Source: Candidatus Omnitrophota bacterium
GTDB lineage: Bacteria; Omnitrophota; Gorgyraeia; B26-G9
Length of the DNA stretch: 64,000 nt
Direction: 5' to 3'
NCBI GenBank assembly: GCA_018817165.1
Contig: JAHITY010000062.1
Location: 26,958 to 90,957, forward strand
Each line of letters opens with the position of its first letter. The stretch's first letter is position 1. The notes below the pieces were generated by a model, which was not told the origin of the DNA, did no database searches, and saw only the letters and a program-made list of their open reading frames with translations. Below, in pieces: positions 60,709 through 64,000 of this stretch. A program made the position numbers and the translations under genes.

Positions 60709-61854
60709 ATGTTAAGACAAATAAACAAAATAAACGCAATACTTTTTATTATATTGGGACTACTTTTATTTAGTCTGGTTAATTATTCTTATGCGGATAG
60801 TCAAAAGTTTCAAACAGCTCAAGCAGGAAAAAATTCAGCTAAAAAAAAATTAAAACTATTAATAACCAATGTTTCTTTAGATAAAAAAGCAATCAATCCT
60901 GTAAAGAATGAAGCAGCTAGCATAAGATTCCGGCTTAATAAAAAAGCGCAAATAAGCGCGAAAATATATAATTCTCTTGACCAGCTTGTCAGGGAAATTA
61001 AATCGCGGGATATGTGTAAATCTGGTTATAATGAAATTATCTGGGATGGTAAAGACAAAGACGGGCAAATTGTTATCCCGGATGCTTATGTTTACACCTT
61101 AACTGGTTATGATCAAAAAAATAATGAATTAATGGTCTTTGATCCGGCTGATGAAACCGGGGGGTTAACTCTTGCGATAAGAGAATTCGCTACGGATAGT
61201 ACAAGGGGCCAGATTACTTATGTATTGCCCAAAGCTGCTAGAGTAAGAATTCGCATTGGCTTAAAAAATGGGGGGCCTTTATTACGCACGCTTATTGATT
61301 TTAAACCACAGCCAGCAGGCAGAAATAATCTGATCTGGGATGGCTTTGACAGTTCTCATGTTTTTAATTTTCTGGGCAATGAAAATCTGTTTATAAATAT
61401 ATCGGCTTTTAGTTTGGCGGAAAACAGTATTATTGTTGATTATTCGCAACCAATTATTTCTAATGAAACTAAAAACTATTCAGACGCGGAAATGAGGATT
61501 AAGAAAGAAACTGATTTGCCAAAAGATATGCATGCTTTGCATGAAAGAGATAAATGTCATGAGCCTGATTTTGGATTTCAAGTCATGTATGAAAACAAGA
61601 AGGATGATATTATTCCTATAAAAATCAGACTTTCAGATAAAGATAAAATTGAATTGATTGGCACTCGTTATGAAATTGTATTTTTTTTGGATAATGTTTT
61701 TATTTTTGAAGAAGAAGAAGGAATATCTCCGCTTACTTATCAATTTGATACTAAAGGGATTAATTCAGGCAAGCATTTATTGACTATAAATCTTCATGGT
61801 TTTGATAATCATGTGGCAACCAGGTCTGAGGAAATTATTATAAAGAGGGAATAA
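60709..61854 (+). CDS. Secreted protein with two FlgD-Ig-like domains
   Basis: Signal peptide ...SYA; WDGKDKDG and WDGFD motifs; resembles the last domains of the giant protein. Confidence 0.7.
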   Translation: MLRQINKINAILFIILGLLLFSLVNYSYADSQKFQTAQAGKNSAKKKLKLLITNVSLDKKAINPVKNEAASIRFRLNKKAQISAKIYNSLDQLVREIKSRDMCKSGYNEIIWDGKDKDGQIVIPDAYVYTLTGYDQKNNELMVFDPADETGGLTLAIREFATDSTRGQITYVLPKAARVRIRIGLKNGGPLLRTLIDFKPQPAGRNNLIWDGFDSSHVFNFLGNENLFINISAFSLAENSIIVDYSQPIISNETKNYSDAEMRIKKETDLPKDMHALHERDKCHEPDFGFQVMYENKKDDIIPIKIRLSDKDKIELIGTRYEIVFFLDNVFIFEEEEGISPLTYQFDTKGINSGKHLLTINLHGFDNHVATRSEEIIIKRE

Positions 61855-64000
61855 TGAAAAGATTAAAAAAACTAATCGCAAGTTTATTAATAATCCTGTT
61901 TATATTGCAAACAAGTGGTATTCAAACTTTGCGTGCTGATTGCTGGAATGGAAGCGGGGATAGTTTTGGCGTTGTAGAAGCTATTGTGGATGTAATGATG
62001 CATTATGCAGGAGCTAAGAACTCCAATGAAAATGCTAATGAAAGTGAGGGGATTGATCCTGTTTATTTGAATAGCGGTGAATACAATTATTCTCAGCAGG
62101 ATTTATTTATTCCAAGCCGTGCTATGCCTATTGAAATAAAGCGCTATTATAAAAGCCAAAAAGATGTTAATGGAGTTTTAGGCTTTGGCTGGTTTTTAAG
62201 CTGTAATATCAGGTTAAAGCGTTTAATAAATAATAATATTGTAGTTATTCAGGGTGATGGCAGAAAAGATGAATATCTTAGAGATTATGTAAATGATCAA
62301 TATATTCCGCCTGCGGGAATTTATTCAGACTTGGTACAGAACCAAGACGGCACAGTTACGCTCACAGAGAAAAACGGTAAAAAATACAAATTTGATATTA
62401 ACGGCAATCTGGCAACAATAATTGATCGCAATAATAATAGTATGAGTTTTAGCTATTCTGCTTTAAAAGAACCGATTGTCGGCAAATCACCTTATTTTGT
62501 TAATCAAGTGCAGGGTTTGCTGGGCTATGAATATAAACTGCAGAAAATAACTGATACTGTTGGCAGGGATATAGATTTTACTTATAATTCTAATGGTCGG
62601 CTTGAGAAAATAAAAGATTTTACCGGCAGGGAAATAATCTACAGTTTTGACAGCAATGATGATTTGGCTTCAGTACAGGATCCAATGGGTAATCTTGTTC
62701 ATTATACTTATGATACAAACCATAATCTTTTGACGATTAAAGATAAAAAAGACCAGACCTATGTAACCAATGAATATAATGCTTCAGATAAACTTATAAC
62801 CCAGAATTACGGTGGTTATACCAGTACAGTTAACTATGATGAAGAAAACAGTATTACCACAGTTACTGACCGCAGAGGCTACACAACTGTTTCCACCTTT
62901 GATGATGCGGGAAATCCAATAAAGAAGGAAGTATTTACTGATAATGTGCGGACTGGTGATCCTGCATCCTATGTAACTCAAACAGAATATAATCCTGATA
63001 AAGAAGTAACAAAGATTATATATCCAAAAGGCAATTCTCTTAGCAAAGAATACGATGCAAAGGGTAATGTTTTAAAAATCATAAGAAGTCCTGTTGCTGG
63101 ATCAAGTGAGCCGGATATTGTAACCGAGTTTACATATGATTCGGTGTTTAATTTTATTAAGACAGTAAAAGACCCTTTAGGACGAATTACAATATATGAC
63201 TATGATAATGATGGCAATATTATAACCATAACTTATCCTGAAGTTGATTCTCAAATACCGGAAGTGACATTTACCTATAATCAATACGGACAGCTGGAAA
63301 CCAAAACCGATCAAAACGGAGTAATTACCAAATTTGAATATTATCCTGCTACAGGATATTTGCATAAAACAATCACGGATTTTGGAGATATTACCCATAA
63401 TAATGTCACAACGGAATTCACATATGATGATAGAGGAAATATATTAACAGTAACTGATGCCAAGGGTAATATAACAACAATGGAGTATGATGTTTTAAAC
63501 AGACTGACTAAAACCATATCGCCTGCACCGTTTAATTATCAGACTAAATATACATATGATGAAAATGATAATCTGATCAAGCTGGAAAGACAAAAAGACG
63601 CAGCTGCAACCCAGTGGCAGCTAACAGAATATGAATACGATAATCTTGATCAATTAGTTCTAACCAAACAATATCTAACAGATGTAGATATTTATACAAC
63701 TGCTTTTGAATATGACGGAAGTCAAAACAGAACTAAAATCATTGATGCGGAAAATAAACAAACAAACTATGTTTACGATGAACGCGGACTATTGTATACA
63801 GTTACAGATGCTGAAAATAATATTACCACTTACAGCTATGATGCTAATGGTAATTTAAAAGAGATTATGGATGCAAAGACCAATACGACAGACTATGAAT
63901 ATGATGATTTCAACAGGGTTTTAAAGACAATATATCCTGATACTTCTTATGAAGAATTTACTTATGATGCTAATTCAAATCTAAAAACCAAACGCACCAG
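61854..64000 (+). CDS. Rhs/YD-repeat protein with Sec signal peptide and DUF6531-like domain, 3'-truncated by the window edge
   Basis: Absent from the ORF track because there is no stop in the window. ATG overlaps the upstream TAA; translates MKRLKKLIASLLIILFILQTSGIQTLRA-DCW...GIDPVYLNSGEY...DLFIP...RYYKS...LGFGW, followed by many YD repeats (YDNDGN, YDDRGN, YDANGN). Confidence 0.9.
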   Translation, partial: MKRLKKLIASLLIILFILQTSGIQTLRADCWNGSGDSFGVVEAIVDVMMHYAGAKNSNENANESEGIDPVYLNSGEYNYSQQDLFIPSRAMPIEIKRYYKSQKDVNGVLGFGWFLSCNIRLKRLINNNIVVIQGDGRKDEYLRDYVNDQYIPPAGIYSDLVQNQDGTVTLTEKNGKKYKFDINGNLATIIDRNNNSMSFSYSALKEPIVGKSPYFVNQVQGLLGYEYKLQKITDTVGRDIDFTYNSNGRLEKIKDFTGREIIYSFDSNDDLASVQDPMGNLVHYTYDTNHNLLTIKDKKDQTYVTNEYNASDKLITQNYGGYTSTVNYDEENSITTVTDRRGYTTVSTFDDAGNPIKKEVFTDNVRTGDPASYVTQTEYNPDKEVTKIIYPKGNSLSKEYDAKGNVLKIIRSPVAGSSEPDIVTEFTYDSVFNFIKTVKDPLGRITIYDYDNDGNIITITYPEVDSQIPEVTFTYNQYGQLETKTDQNGVITKFEYYPATGYLHKTITDFGDITHNNVTTEFTYDDRGNILTVTDAKGNITTMEYDVLNRLTKTISPAPFNYQTKYTYDENDNLIKLERQKDAAATQWQLTEYEYDNLDQLVLTKQYLTDVDIYTTAFEYDGSQNRTKIIDAENKQTNYVYDERGLLYTVTDAENNITTYSYDANGNLKEIMDAKTNTTDYEYDDFNRVLKTIYPDTSYEEFTYDANSNLKTKRT

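Overview
AT-rich bacterial chromosomal window in which every credible gene lies on the + strand. The gene style suggests a PVC-superphylum anaerobe such as Ca. Omnitrophota; this is an inference and was not checked. 1-17.9 kb is a type IVa pilus locus: pilB, pilC, a c-di-GMP-I riboswitch-controlled minor pilin operon, pilS/pilR, a sigma-54-driven major pilin plus two paralogues, a GAF-GGDEF cyclase, a fused pilMN, pilO, pilP and pilQ. 18-47.5 kb is housekeeping: rimP-nusA-infB-trpS-scpAB-pheA-hisC-aroF-tyrA-cmk-plsC-rpsA, tyrS-recG, an NSS transporter, an EF-G paralogue and yebC-ruvCAB-queH-queA-tgt, interrupted by structured intergenic repeats. 47.5-64 kb is accessory: an orphan H-NOX, a 1214-aa signal-peptide-bearing glycogen-synthase-like protein, and an operon of secreted proteins ending in a Sec-signal Rhs/YD protein that runs off the window. 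The best novelty candidates are: (1) the 52.3-64 kb operon, which looks like a donor-strand-exchange fibre (tip, major subunit, chaperone-like protein, strand-donating giant Ig protein) coupled to an Rhs protein; (2) a c-di-GMP-I riboswitch with a 78-nt structured insertion next to the ligand pocket and two alternative 3' halves; (3) the exported glycogen-synthase-like protein; (4) a ~215-nt covarying structured repeat present twice. All calls were made by eye, with no database searches.
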